Below are positions 7,879 through 16,348 of a stretch of 32,000 bases of DNA, piece by piece (position 1 is the first letter of the stretch; each line of letters begins with the position of its first letter). The position numbers and the translations under genes are program-made. Source of the DNA: Candidatus Electrothrix sp. GW3-4 (GTDB taxonomy: Bacteria; Desulfobacterota; Desulfobulbia; Desulfobulbales; Desulfobulbaceae); NCBI RefSeq assembly GCF_037902255.1, contig NZ_CP147990.1:4260001-4292000 (forward strand), read 5' to 3'. A model generated the notes under the pieces. The model searched no databases. It was not told where the DNA came from and saw only the letters and a program-made list of their open reading frames with translations.

Positions 7879-9573
7879 TCATTCTATAGCCACAGCCTCA
7901 ATCGTACTGCCGTCAGTGAGCAGGAGGTAGGATTTCAGCTTGGGCAGTTTTTTGACCTCTGCAAGCTGCTGATAGGCTTTGATTTGCTCGATTCCTTCTG
8001 TCCGTTTTTCCTCCAAACCACGCTTGCCTGCCTTTTTCTTGCTGTATTTCAGTTCAAAGAGAAACTGATAGCGCACCTCAATAGGGTTGCGCTCCAATAG
8101 AAGAATATCCGGGTAGCGGTTGTTCATCTCAGTCTCACTCTGAATAAAATAGACCTCAGACTGGTACAGCAGAGTCAGGATAACGGCCTTGATGTGTTTT
8201 TCATCCATACGCATGAAATCACGATTGGAAAACAGAGCCAGCACGTTACTGATTTCCTTAATCAGGGGTTTGATATTATTATGTAAAGCTAGTTCAGTCA
8301 CAGCATTTTCAACGGCTCGGCTTGAAACCGTGATCCGACCACGTTGCTCAATCTCTGTTCTGAAGTAATCGTAATATAATTTCTGGACGACATAATTTGG
8401 CACCCTATAGCGATACTGGCTCAGAACGCTGCCGCTGAGGGTGATAAAGCCCATGTAGAGGAGAAGGCTGATGAAGTCGTTGCGTTCAAAGGGTTTGTTT
8501 ATGTCCAGGTCAAGTTTCCCCTTATGTCGCCCGATGATCTCACCTTCGGTGATTAATTCTTCAAGGATCTGAAAATTCTTTTCCCGATCGCCGATGCCGA
8601 AGAGCCGCATGATTTTTCCATAATCCGAGGCGATATTGTCATCCAGCATTTGCTCTGGAAAGCGGCATGTGTCCATGTCAAAATGTCTGAGAAAATAGAG
8701 CACCATGTCCGGGTTGAAGATTTTCTCATCAACGCGGCTGCTGAAACAGTAGCCATTATACCACTTGCTGAGGGTACCCATGATCTCCTGACAGTCAATT
8801 TTGCAGGTTTCAACAATAGGGAGGATCATCTTTTCTGTTTCCTGGGTGGTAAAACCAATGGTCTGGTTAAAATGAGGATGATACGTAATATTATCACCGA
8901 TATTAAAACCACTGGTCATGCTGTCCAAGGTAATGGAGGTCACTCCAGTGATGAAGAGGCGATCAATAATTCCCTCCATCGTGGCGGTCTTGACGGTCTC
9001 ATAGAAGGCCCGGACAAACCCGCCTTTTCCTACGATGGCACAAAAGAGCTCCTGATCCTCGCCAAGCACGGCATTGGCGAAATGATCATATTCGTCAATA
9101 AGCAGATAGATTTTTGCGTCTTTCACGACCCCTAAAAAAGCCTTCATCATGGATGCCGGTGTAGACTGCATCTCCACCCTGTGAATAGCCTCGGCAGGGT
9201 ACTTATACTCTTCGAGGAAATTTCGTAATCTCCTGCTCACCTCAAAAGCGAAGTCGCGCTCAATGCTCTCTTCGTCTTTGATACTGACCCCGCTGAACTC
9301 CATGAACAGAACCTGGTAGCTGTTCCGCAGTGGAGTTGGATTTTTGCCGATGGCAAGCCTGCTGAAAAGTTCCTCGAACGAGTCCTTAAAACGAATATCG
9401 TAATAATGCCAGAGGGTGGAGAGGAAAAGGGTTTTGCCGAAACGGCGGGGGCGGAGCAGGATGTTGTATTTTCCCTGGTTTTCGAGGGTTTCTATAAAGG
9501 GTGTTTTGTCAACGTAGAGGTACCCCTCTGTGATAAGGGACTTGAAGTTGCTGATTCCGTACGGGGTTTTCAT
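7879..9573 (-). CDS. AAA-ATPase-like domain protein with a C-terminal PD-(D/E)XK nuclease-type domain
   Basis: 564 aa. The N-terminus MKTPYGISNFKSLITEGYLYVDKTPFI...LLRPRRFGKTLFLS is characteristic of the predicted AAA-ATPase family. The C-terminus has YPDILLL ... FELKYSKK (D...E-x-K). Confidence 0.8.
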   Translation of the reverse strand: MKTPYGISNFKSLITEGYLYVDKTPFIETLENQGKYNILLRPRRFGKTLFLSTLWHYYDIRFKDSFEELFSRLAIGKNPTPLRNSYQVLFMEFSGVSIKDEESIERDFAFEVSRRLRNFLEEYKYPAEAIHRVEMQSTPASMMKAFLGVVKDAKIYLLIDEYDHFANAVLGEDQELFCAIVGKGGFVRAFYETVKTATMEGIIDRLFITGVTSITLDSMTSGFNIGDNITYHPHFNQTIGFTTQETEKMILPIVETCKIDCQEIMGTLSKWYNGYCFSSRVDEKIFNPDMVLYFLRHFDMDTCRFPEQMLDDNIASDYGKIMRLFGIGDREKNFQILEELITEGEIIGRHKGKLDLDINKPFERNDFISLLLYMGFITLSGSVLSQYRYRVPNYVVQKLYYDYFRTEIEQRGRITVSSRAVENAVTELALHNNIKPLIKEISNVLALFSNRDFMRMDEKHIKAVILTLLYQSEVYFIQSETEMNNRYPDILLLERNPIEVRYQFLFELKYSKKKAGKRGLEEKRTEGIEQIKAYQQLAEVKKLPKLKSYLLLTDGSTIEAVAIE

Positions 9574-9616
9574 GTTTTTAATGATGAATGGGTGGGACAG
9601 TTTGATGTATTTCAGC

Positions 9617-11554
9617 TTAACTTTTTGATTGAGTCCACTCTCCTTTTAGATCCAACGTATATGGCGGCAGGTCATAGGAAGGGCCTACACAGTATTCGGA
9701 GTTATTAAGTTCCTCATCAATGTATGAAGTTGTTAAAATAACTTGATGTGGAATCTTGATTTTTTTTGAATAATCAATCAACAAGTGGTGAAACTTCCTA
9801 AAACGTTCAGGAACCATCCCTTTGTCTTCAATGTTGTCGAGGATAAAAAATTTTGGTAGGCGGCATTGATCATCCTCAATTGCAAATTTGAGGAGGCCTA
9901 AGTAAAAGGAGTTTTTCAAAAATGCTTGTGTGCTTGCAGAAAGGCGGCCTTGACGTACAGATAAAAAATCTTTTTCAAAAGAAAATACCAGCCCAGTAGC
10001 ATCATTCAATGTATCATTATTATTGTCTACAATGTCTTCATGGAGAATCTCAATGGTGAGGTCACCAATGCGTTTTTGGCAATGATTTCTCCTGAACTCC
10101 TGGTCGTCCTTCAACTTTTTTAATTTTTTTTCAATCTTTTTAAGGTCCCGAGCAAGTTGTGTTACTTCATCTTCTAGTTTTATTACCTCTTCTTGAAGAG
10201 ATTCTAATTTCGTGAGGTCTTCAATCTGTCGTGTAAGATATCCATGATCTTTTAGTAGTTGGCTAATTCTTGCATCAAAATGGACAGTTGGAGATATTAT
10301 CGTCTTTAGTTGATCTAAAAGTCGATTACGCGCTGTACGTAGCTTTTTAAAATTTGCTTGTTCTTCAATTACTTTTTGTTTTCTCCTTTCACATATCAGT
10401 TTACTTTCAGATATTTGATGTTTGAGTTCCTGCTCGTAACGAATTCTTCCCCCAGTATTTGCATCCCTTTCATTGTTTGTTTTGCATAAAGGGCAACATC
10501 CTTCCTTTGTTGGGGAAAGGTCAGCAAGGCAAATTGGGCAGAAAGCCAATGTTACGCTACCAATAAGTTCTTGAGTTTTACTTGCGGCTTTGAGATCTCT
10601 AAGATTAGATTCAAGCGAGGTGAGAAAAATTTCAGAATCGGCAATATTAATAGAAAGACTTTCTATCGACCTCCTAGCATCTTCTATTTCTTTATTCTTT
10701 TTTGAAATTTCTTTTTCTAATTGTCTAATTTTTGAGTTTTCTTCTTTTTTTCTTTCGGCCCTTTGTTGCACTTGTTTCGATGCTTCTTCAATTGATTCCT
10801 CGATATCATACTGCTTGCCCTGAGCTTCTTTAAGTAGCTCTTTATAATTAGAGAGGGTAAAATTTGGATCTGTTGTTTCTACTGCTTCTAGCAGGCTTTC
10901 ATAGCGTGATTTTTTAGATGCTAATTGTTTTGTTTTTTCAATTTGTTCAAGACGAAGCTCATGACCTTGAAGATCATCAATCCCCAATAGCATTTCACCA
11001 ACACAGCGTCGTATATCCAGCCGGTCTGCAAATGCTTGTCTTTCTCTACGAAAAATCGATGTACTGTCCGTATTCTGATCGCCATAAAGTAAACGAAGGA
11101 TTTGGTACATCGTCACATTTGCATGCGAGTCGTTTGATTTAGTTTGTGGAAACCCAATACGATCAAACATGAATTGGGAGAATGATTCTTTGTTTGTAGT
11201 TCTTGTTCTTCCATACGAACTCCACCGCATAACGAATTTCGTCGTTTCATCAAGTGGTCCTTCACATATTTCAACTGGAGGAGGAGTTTCTGAAGAAATA
11301 GCCCTTTTGAGACTTATCGTTAACTCTGGAACGTCAAATTCTGCAAAAATATATTCACAGGATTGAGCCTCGTCTGTCCATTCAATATTTTCACCACCAA
11401 GCACATAAAAAATCATATCGCTAATGGTTGATTTACCGCTACTGTTCTCCCCTCTGATGATATTTATCCCTGTATGGAATGGTTGGTCATACACAATACG
11501 ACCATGCCCGGTAACTTGTAAGCGTTTCAAGAGCAGGTAAGGGTTATCCATCAT
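9617..11554 (-). CDS. Rad50/SMC-like ABC ATPase with a long coiled-coil insert and a Cys-rich hook (LmuB / ABC-3C ATPase-like)
   Basis: 645 aa. Motifs are Walker A GENSSGKST (nt 11426-11452), Q-loop LLYGDQ, two ~130-150 aa heptad-rich K/E/L/I segments flanking CPICLADLSPTKEGCCPLCK (nt 10484-10540), signature-like GRLSASTQ, Walker B FFILDNIED and a His in IPHQVIL. The start overlaps the upstream gene by 11 nt and has a GGAG RBS. Confidence 0.85.
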   Translation of the reverse strand: MMDNPYLLLKRLQVTGHGRIVYDQPFHTGINIIRGENSSGKSTISDMIFYVLGGENIEWTDEAQSCEYIFAEFDVPELTISLKRAISSETPPPVEICEGPLDETTKFVMRWSSYGRTRTTNKESFSQFMFDRIGFPQTKSNDSHANVTMYQILRLLYGDQNTDSTSIFRRERQAFADRLDIRRCVGEMLLGIDDLQGHELRLEQIEKTKQLASKKSRYESLLEAVETTDPNFTLSNYKELLKEAQGKQYDIEESIEEASKQVQQRAERKKEENSKIRQLEKEISKKNKEIEDARRSIESLSINIADSEIFLTSLESNLRDLKAASKTQELIGSVTLAFCPICLADLSPTKEGCCPLCKTNNERDANTGGRIRYEQELKHQISESKLICERRKQKVIEEQANFKKLRTARNRLLDQLKTIISPTVHFDARISQLLKDHGYLTRQIEDLTKLESLQEEVIKLEDEVTQLARDLKKIEKKLKKLKDDQEFRRNHCQKRIGDLTIEILHEDIVDNNNDTLNDATGLVFSFEKDFLSVRQGRLSASTQAFLKNSFYLGLLKFAIEDDQCRLPKFFILDNIEDKGMVPERFRKFHHLLIDYSKKIKIPHQVILTTSYIDEELNNSEYCVGPSYDLPPYTLDLKGEWTQSKS

Positions 11555-12056
11555 ATCTAAACTCCAGCAGACCTGTGCGATCTTTCAAACCGCCTCTTCC
11601 GTTTAAAGGTATTGACAATACAACATTTATCAGTTTTTCATGCCATTCCTCATTACGTATTTTCCACTCCTCTGCAACAGAGGTTATAAAATCGTAAGCA
11701 TGGGCTTCCTCAATGTTTAGAATTAAGGTACCTTCTTGGTATTTTTTTCGTTGTATTATTCCACGAGCAACCATATCCATGGTCACCTGCTTATGGATCT
11801 TGGTCATAGGGAGAAATGCTTGCCTGATAGATTGCGGATCTTCATAAGTTTCTGGTAATTGCTTTATTTTTCTTCTTAGCTCTGCGCTATCTTCCCTGGG
11901 TAGCTTGCATTTCCTGATTTCATGTGGGAAGCAGAGTAGAAAGTCTAAAATTCGAATACGGTCAAATTCTGTCCCTTTGTGACCGCATTCACATAGGATA
12001 GAAGCAAATCGCATCCAACAGTGGTAGAAATCAGTTGCGGGATGATAGAGCAGCAT
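11544..12056 (-). CDS. Small helical protein, candidate middle component (LmuC / ABC-3C MC-like) of the ATPase operon
   Basis: 170 aa from the ATG at 12056; the track ORF begins at a TTG at 12071. It overlaps both neighbours (26 nt upstream, 11 nt downstream). The sequence MLLYHPATDFYHCWMRFASIL...FDRIRILDFLLCFPHEI has no enzymatic motif. The function is inferred only from position. Confidence 0.6.
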   Translation of the reverse strand: MLLYHPATDFYHCWMRFASILCECGHKGTEFDRIRILDFLLCFPHEIRKCKLPREDSAELRRKIKQLPETYEDPQSIRQAFLPMTKIHKQVTMDMVARGIIQRKKYQEGTLILNIEEAHAYDFITSVAEEWKIRNEEWHEKLINVVLSIPLNGRGGLKDRTGLLEFRYDG

Positions 12057-12615
12057 TGTAGTCCCAATCAAGGTGGCAGTTTCCTGTTAAATAATATAAC
12101 ATTCCAATAACTTCAGTTATTCCTACCCCAAGGGCAGGGGGCGCGTTAGCAATTTGGCTAGTGATAGAGCGTGCTAGCCCTACAATCTCTTGTTCAATAG
12201 CTCCAACTTCCTTCATTGTAGCAATTTTCGGTTTAATGAGATAATTGAAATGCGAATAAATTTCACCGAGTATGTAGGAATATATTTCCTGAATGGCAGG
12301 ATTAAATGTAGTCCTTTTGAGCTGTTTGGTGAAACGTTCTTTTGCCTCTAACGCATCATAGAGAAGGTAACTTTTATCACAATCTTTTAACTTTTGTTCT
12401 AAATCTCTTTTGATAAGCGTATCTTTAGGAGTCATCCAATCAAGCAATTTTTCAACAAATTTAGCAGCTTCAGGGTCTTGACCTATTTTCTCTTTTAACT
12501 GTTCTATTATTCCAGACAGTTGAGTGTTTGGAGCTTGATATATTATGGTTTTACTTTTGTCTATATCCCTCCCAGCAACATCGCCCTGAGCCGTTATGTT
12601 TTCTTGGGTAGCCAT
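12031..12615 (-). CDS. Helical protein with an N-terminal ITAQGDVAGRDI peptide, candidate effector-adaptor component
   Basis: 194 aa. Its ATG shares a TAATG with the stop of the upstream gene. The N-terminal 20 aa repeat the motif of the upstream protein. The remainder is predicted helical and ends in ...MLYYLTGNCHLDWDYN. No catalytic motif is recognised. Confidence 0.65.
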   Translation of the reverse strand: MATQENITAQGDVAGRDIDKSKTIIYQAPNTQLSGIIEQLKEKIGQDPEAAKFVEKLLDWMTPKDTLIKRDLEQKLKDCDKSYLLYDALEAKERFTKQLKRTTFNPAIQEIYSYILGEIYSHFNYLIKPKIATMKEVGAIEQEIVGLARSITSQIANAPPALGVGITEVIGMLYYLTGNCHLDWDYNAALSSRN

Positions 12616-12950
12616 TATTTTTTCTTGAATATATTTCCACCAGCGACATCGCCGTTAGCAGTTATGTCCTTTTGGATGGTCTTTTTCTTTTCTTTAGTTG
12701 AACCGGCATGTTCCGGTGAATGTTCTTTGTAGGTTTTGATAATATCTCCGCCCGCAACATCACCACCAGCTTTAATCTTCGATTGCTTAGTTTGCTGTTT
12801 TCTAAAATGGTGGACTGTAAGGCCTCCGCCTCCTATGATCAGCGAAATTATAAATATGATCCATCCTGATAAACCAGTTTCAAGTAATTTGTCCATAATT
12901 TTTTGATATTGATTGCTTTTTGTTGATAATGGCCCCCTTCTATCACTCAT
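12615..12950 (-). CDS. Small single-pass membrane protein with two GDVAGG(D/N)I repeats
   Basis: 111 aa. It has a TM helix LSGWIIFIISLIIGGGGLTV (nt 12813-12875), then a Lys-rich tail with GDVAGGDI (12741-12764) and GDVAGGNI (12630-12653). It is the first gene of the four-gene operon. Confidence 0.6.
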   Translation of the reverse strand: MSDRRGPLSTKSNQYQKIMDKLLETGLSGWIIFIISLIIGGGGLTVHHFRKQQTKQSKIKAGGDVAGGDIIKTYKEHSPEHAGSTKEKKKTIQKDITANGDVAGGNIFKKK

Positions 12951-13130
12951 GCATAACTCTCTATATCTTCAAAAGAACATACTGATTTCAACAAGTAAAT
13001 AAAAAATTACCGTTGTTCTGGGAAAGCATGCCTGCCGGTAGCATAGATTCGCCAACCAATAACCGGCCCAGCCTGATACGTAACCCAGGATTTCATTTCT
13101 TTCTCCCTGTATTTCTTTCGCAGTTTTACC

Positions 13131-13159
13131 TTGCACATCTTCGTTATATGGGGTATATA
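13131..13159 (+). promoter_or_regulatory. Possible sigma70 promoter upstream of the EF-G gene
   Basis: TTGCAC (13131-13136), a 17-nt spacer, then TATATA (13154-13159), about 255 nt upstream of the start codon. This is a motif match only. Confidence 0.25.
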
Positions 13160-13414
13160 AACTCTTTTTTAGGGTACAGATACTGACTCCCTCTTTTTAA
13201 CGTGCAGTTTTTTAAGCACTTATTTTATACTGTTTCAGTGTCATCCCGAATACAGGATACGTGTTGAGGGGTTACAGAATTCGCTGTGACTCCTTTTTTA
13301 TTTTTAAATGGTTGTTTGCTCGGCAAACAGCGAGTTTTTTTTATCCGAATTCCAAGGGGATCAACGGGAGCGGATAGAATCAGCGGCCAGGCAGCTGTAA
13401 CAGAGGAATAAGAG

Positions 13415-15499
13415 ATGAACAAAGATCTGGAGAAAGTACGGAATATAGGCATCAGTGCCCATATTGATTCGGGCAAGACAACACTTACCGAGCGAATCCT
13501 TTACTACACACAGCGCATCCACGCTATTCATGAGGTACGCGGTAAGGACGGTGTTGGAGCAACCATGGATTCCATGGAACTGGAAAAAGAGCGCGGTATC
13601 ACTATTCAGTCAGCAGCGACCTACTGCTCATGGAAAGATATTGATATCAATATTATTGATACACCGGGCCATGTGGACTTTACCGTTGAGGTGGAACGTG
13701 CTTTGCGGGTGCTTGATGGCGCTGTCCTGATCCTCTGTTCTGTGGGCGGTGTGCAGTCGCAGTCCATTACGGTTGATCGCCAGATGACCAGGTATAATGT
13801 TCCACGTATTGCCTTTATTAATAAATGTGATCGAACAGGTGCTAATCCAGAACGTGTTGTCAACCAGCTGCGAGAAAAGCTGAACCTTAATGCGGTCATG
13901 ATTCAGCTGCCCATCGGCTTAGAATCAGAGCTGGAAGGGATGGTCGACCTGGTGACCATGAAGGCGATCTATTTTGATGGAGAGCAGGGCGATCAACTTC
14001 GTTATGAAGAGATCCCTGACCACCTGAAAGATGATGCTGAGGAGAAACGGGAAGAGCTGTTGGATGCAGTATCCATGTTCTCAGAAGAGTTGATGGAGGC
14101 CATGCTTGAAGAGGAAGAAATCCCTGAAGAGCTGATTCAGGCCGCTATCCGGAAAGGAACTCTGGATCTGGAACTGGCCCCGGTCATGATCGGTTCTGCC
14201 TATAAAAATAAGGGGGTTCAGCCGCTTTTGGATGCCGTTGAAATGTACCTGCCCTGCCCGACTGATATAGAAAATACCGCCCTTGATCTGGATAAGGATG
14301 AAGAGGAAAAGACTGTCTCTAATAACCCGGATGATCCGCTGGTTGCATTGGCCTTTAAACTGGAGGACGGCCGTTATGGTCAGCTGACCTATGTTCGTAC
14401 CTACCAAGGCGTTTTGAAAAAAGGTGAGAACATTTTCAATACCAGAACCGGCAAGAAGGTCAAGGTTGGCCGTCTCGTTCGTATGCATGCCAATGAGATG
14501 GAGGAAATCGATGAGGCGGGTTCCGGTGACATCGTTGGTCTCTTTGGTGTGGACTGCGCTTCCGGTGATACCTTTTGCGATGGTAAGATTAACTGGTCCA
14601 TGAGTTCCATGCATGTACCGGCACCGGTTATCTCGCTGGCCATTACCCCGAAAGACAATAAGGCCCAGGATAATATGTCCAAGGCCCTGAACCGTTTCAG
14701 CAAGGAAGACCCGACCTTTAAGACCTTTGTTGATCATGAGACCGGCGAGACCATTATTTCCGGTATGGGGGAGCTGCATCTTGAAGTGTACATTGAGCGT
14801 ATGAAACGTGAGTACAAGGCCGAGGTAGAGGTCGGTGCTCCCCGGGTTGCCTATCGCGAGGCTATTACCCAGCGAGCCGAGTTCAACTACACCCATAAGA
14901 AACAGACTGGTGGTTCTGGTCAGTTTGGTCGCGTAGGCGGCTATATGGAGCCGTTAGAAGAGGAAGAGTACGAGTTTGTTGATGAGATCGTGGGTGGTGC
15001 TATCCCCCGTGAATACATCCCATCCTGTGATAAGGGCTTCCAGGCTTCCATGGAAAAGGGGATGCTGATCGGTGCTCCTATTACCGGTGTTCGTTGCCTG
15101 ATTAACGACGGAAGTTACCATGCGGTGGACTCCTCGGATATGGCCTTTCAACAGGCTGCTAAGGGCGCTTTCAAAGAGGGCTACAAGAAGGCTGGAGCGG
15201 TTATTATGGAGCCGATTATGAAGGTGGCTGTGGAAGGTCCCTCTGAGTTTCAGGGTGCGATTATGGGGAGCTTGAATCAGCGACGTGGCATGATTGTCGG
15301 TACCTCTGAAGAGGGCAACTATACTGTGGTAGAGGCGGATATGCCGCTGTCTGAGATGTTCGGCTATTCAACCACCCTACGCTCTCTGACCCAGGGAAAG
15401 GCGGAATTCACAATGGAATTCTCAACGTATAAGCAGGTTCCTAAGAGTGTTTCTGAAGAGCTGATTAAGGAATACGAAGAATCCAGGAAAAACGGATAA
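13415..15499 (+). CDS. fusA: Elongation factor G (stand-alone paralogue, mitochondrial EF-G1-like subtype)
   Basis: 694 aa. It has [17 protein letters not shown] and NKCDR GTPase motifs and full domains II-V. The switch-I region [31 protein letters not shown] resembles the mtEF-G1/spd-type EF-Gs. It is not adjacent to rpsL/rpsG/tuf. Confidence 0.95.
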   Translation: MNKDLEKVRNIGISAHIDSGKTTLTERILYYTQRIHAIHEVRGKDGVGATMDSMELEKERGITIQSAATYCSWKDIDINIIDTPGHVDFTVEVERALRVLDGAVLILCSVGGVQSQSITVDRQMTRYNVPRIAFINKCDRTGANPERVVNQLREKLNLNAVMIQLPIGLESELEGMVDLVTMKAIYFDGEQGDQLRYEEIPDHLKDDAEEKREELLDAVSMFSEELMEAMLEEEEIPEELIQAAIRKGTLDLELAPVMIGSAYKNKGVQPLLDAVEMYLPCPTDIENTALDLDKDEEEKTVSNNPDDPLVALAFKLEDGRYGQLTYVRTYQGVLKKGENIFNTRTGKKVKVGRLVRMHANEMEEIDEAGSGDIVGLFGVDCASGDTFCDGKINWSMSSMHVPAPVISLAITPKDNKAQDNMSKALNRFSKEDPTFKTFVDHETGETIISGMGELHLEVYIERMKREYKAEVEVGAPRVAYREAITQRAEFNYTHKKQTGGSGQFGRVGGYMEPLEEEEYEFVDEIVGGAIPREYIPSCDKGFQASMEKGMLIGAPITGVRCLINDGSYHAVDSSDMAFQQAAKGAFKEGYKKAGAVIMEPIMKVAVEGPSEFQGAIMGSLNQRRGMIVGTSEEGNYTVVEADMPLSEMFGYSTTLRSLTQGKAEFTMEFSTYKQVPKSVSEELIKEYEESRKNG

Positions 15500-15522
15500 G
15501 GCCCTGGCATTCGGAAAAGACA

Positions 15523-15548
15523 GCAGCCTGCCTGTGCTTGCAGGCTGC
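15523..15548 (+). other. GC-rich stem-loop between EF-G and the next gene
   Basis: A perfect 9-bp stem, GCAGCCTGC (15523-15531) / GCAGGCTGC (15540-15548), with an 8-nt loop. No T-tract follows, so it is not a canonical terminator. Confidence 0.3.
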
Positions 15549-15590
15549 GTGAGCGATACGAACGAGAGACGAAAAATAAGAGGTAGTATC

Positions 15591-16289
15591 ATGGGATATG
15601 AACCGTTGGTGAAAAAAAATCCGTTACGGGTTCTGAACTTAGCCGGAAATAATAAAAAAATGGGCCTGATCATGGCCCGGGCAGGTGTGGGAAAAACCGC
15701 TCTGCTGGTCCAGATAGCCTTGGATTCCATTCTGCGCGGAAAGCGGGTTGTCCATATCAGTATTGATGAAAACCTGGAAAAAACCAAGCTTTGGTATGAT
15801 GATATCCTGGAGGTTATCCTTCAGGAATGCTCTGTAGCTCAACCTCATGAGCTGATTGAGATGGTCCAGCAGCACCGGATGATTATGACCTTTAAGGAAT
15901 CTACCTTTAATCGGGCGCGTCTGGAAGAACGTCTGAACGATCTGATTCTGCAGGATATCTTTAAGCCAGATTGTGTGGTGATTGATGGTTTTGATTTTAC
16001 AAATATGGATCACGATCACCTGGAAGATATCAAAAACCTGATGGAAAATCTACGGTTACAGGTCTGGTTTTCCGCGACCAGCCATCGTGAGGATGACCGC
16101 GTATCTCCCTCTGGAGTACCTGCGCCCTGCCATGAGCTTGATGACCTTTTTGATACGGTTGTCCTGTTGCAACCTGAGCAGGAAAATGTCCAGCTGGAGA
16201 TCATCCGCCATAATAGTGATGTCTGCAGCGGTGATTCATGTCATCTGAGCCTTGATCCGGTGACCATGATGGTTAAGCAGGGTGACTAA
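15591..16289 (+). CDS. RecA/KaiC-superfamily P-loop ATPase, function unknown
   Basis: 232 aa from the ATG at 15591 (RBS AAGAGG 8 nt upstream). It has Walker A MARAGVGKTALLVQ and Walker B DCVVIDGFD. The layout resembles single-domain KaiC/RadA-like proteins. Confidence 0.6.
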   Translation: MGYEPLVKKNPLRVLNLAGNNKKMGLIMARAGVGKTALLVQIALDSILRGKRVVHISIDENLEKTKLWYDDILEVILQECSVAQPHELIEMVQQHRMIMTFKESTFNRARLEERLNDLILQDIFKPDCVVIDGFDFTNMDHDHLEDIKNLMENLRLQVWFSATSHREDDRVSPSGVPAPCHELDDLFDTVVLLQPEQENVQLEIIRHNSDVCSGDSCHLSLDPVTMMVKQGD

Positions 16290-16311
16290 TGTGCCTGCCC
16301 ATCGGTATATA

Positions 16312-16348
16312 AGCAAGATACGATTTTTCGTATCTTGCTTTTTTTTTG
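16312..16348 (+). terminator. Rho-independent terminator
   Basis: A perfect 12-bp stem, AAGCAAGATACG (16312-16323) / CGTATCTTGCTT (16330-16341), with a 6-nt loop, followed by T8 (16341-16348). Confidence 0.8.

Noticed and set aside
9617-11554. Considered calling the 645-aa ATPase RecN, SbcC or RecF
   Set aside because: There is no sbcD/mre11 partner. The size and hook do not fit RecN or RecF. The tight coupling to three small non-repair genes in an AT-rich patch argues for a conflict-system ATPase instead, so no repair gene symbol was assigned.
13313-13342. Hairpin TGTTTGC-tcg-GCAAACA followed by T8 in the EF-G leader, which could be a terminator or attenuator
   Set aside because: The loop is only 3 nt and the T-tract starts 5 nt after the stem. 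No upstream plus-strand gene is present for it to terminate. It is too weak to call.
13225-13476. 83-aa minus-strand ORF overlapping the EF-G start
   Set aside because: It overlaps the EF-G start codon and leader, and has no RBS or recognisable features.
14081-14896. 271-aa minus-strand ORF, plus a 100-aa ORF at 14401..14703
   Set aside because: They are antisense to the EF-G gene and have no recognisable motifs. EF-G is continuous and complete on the plus strand.
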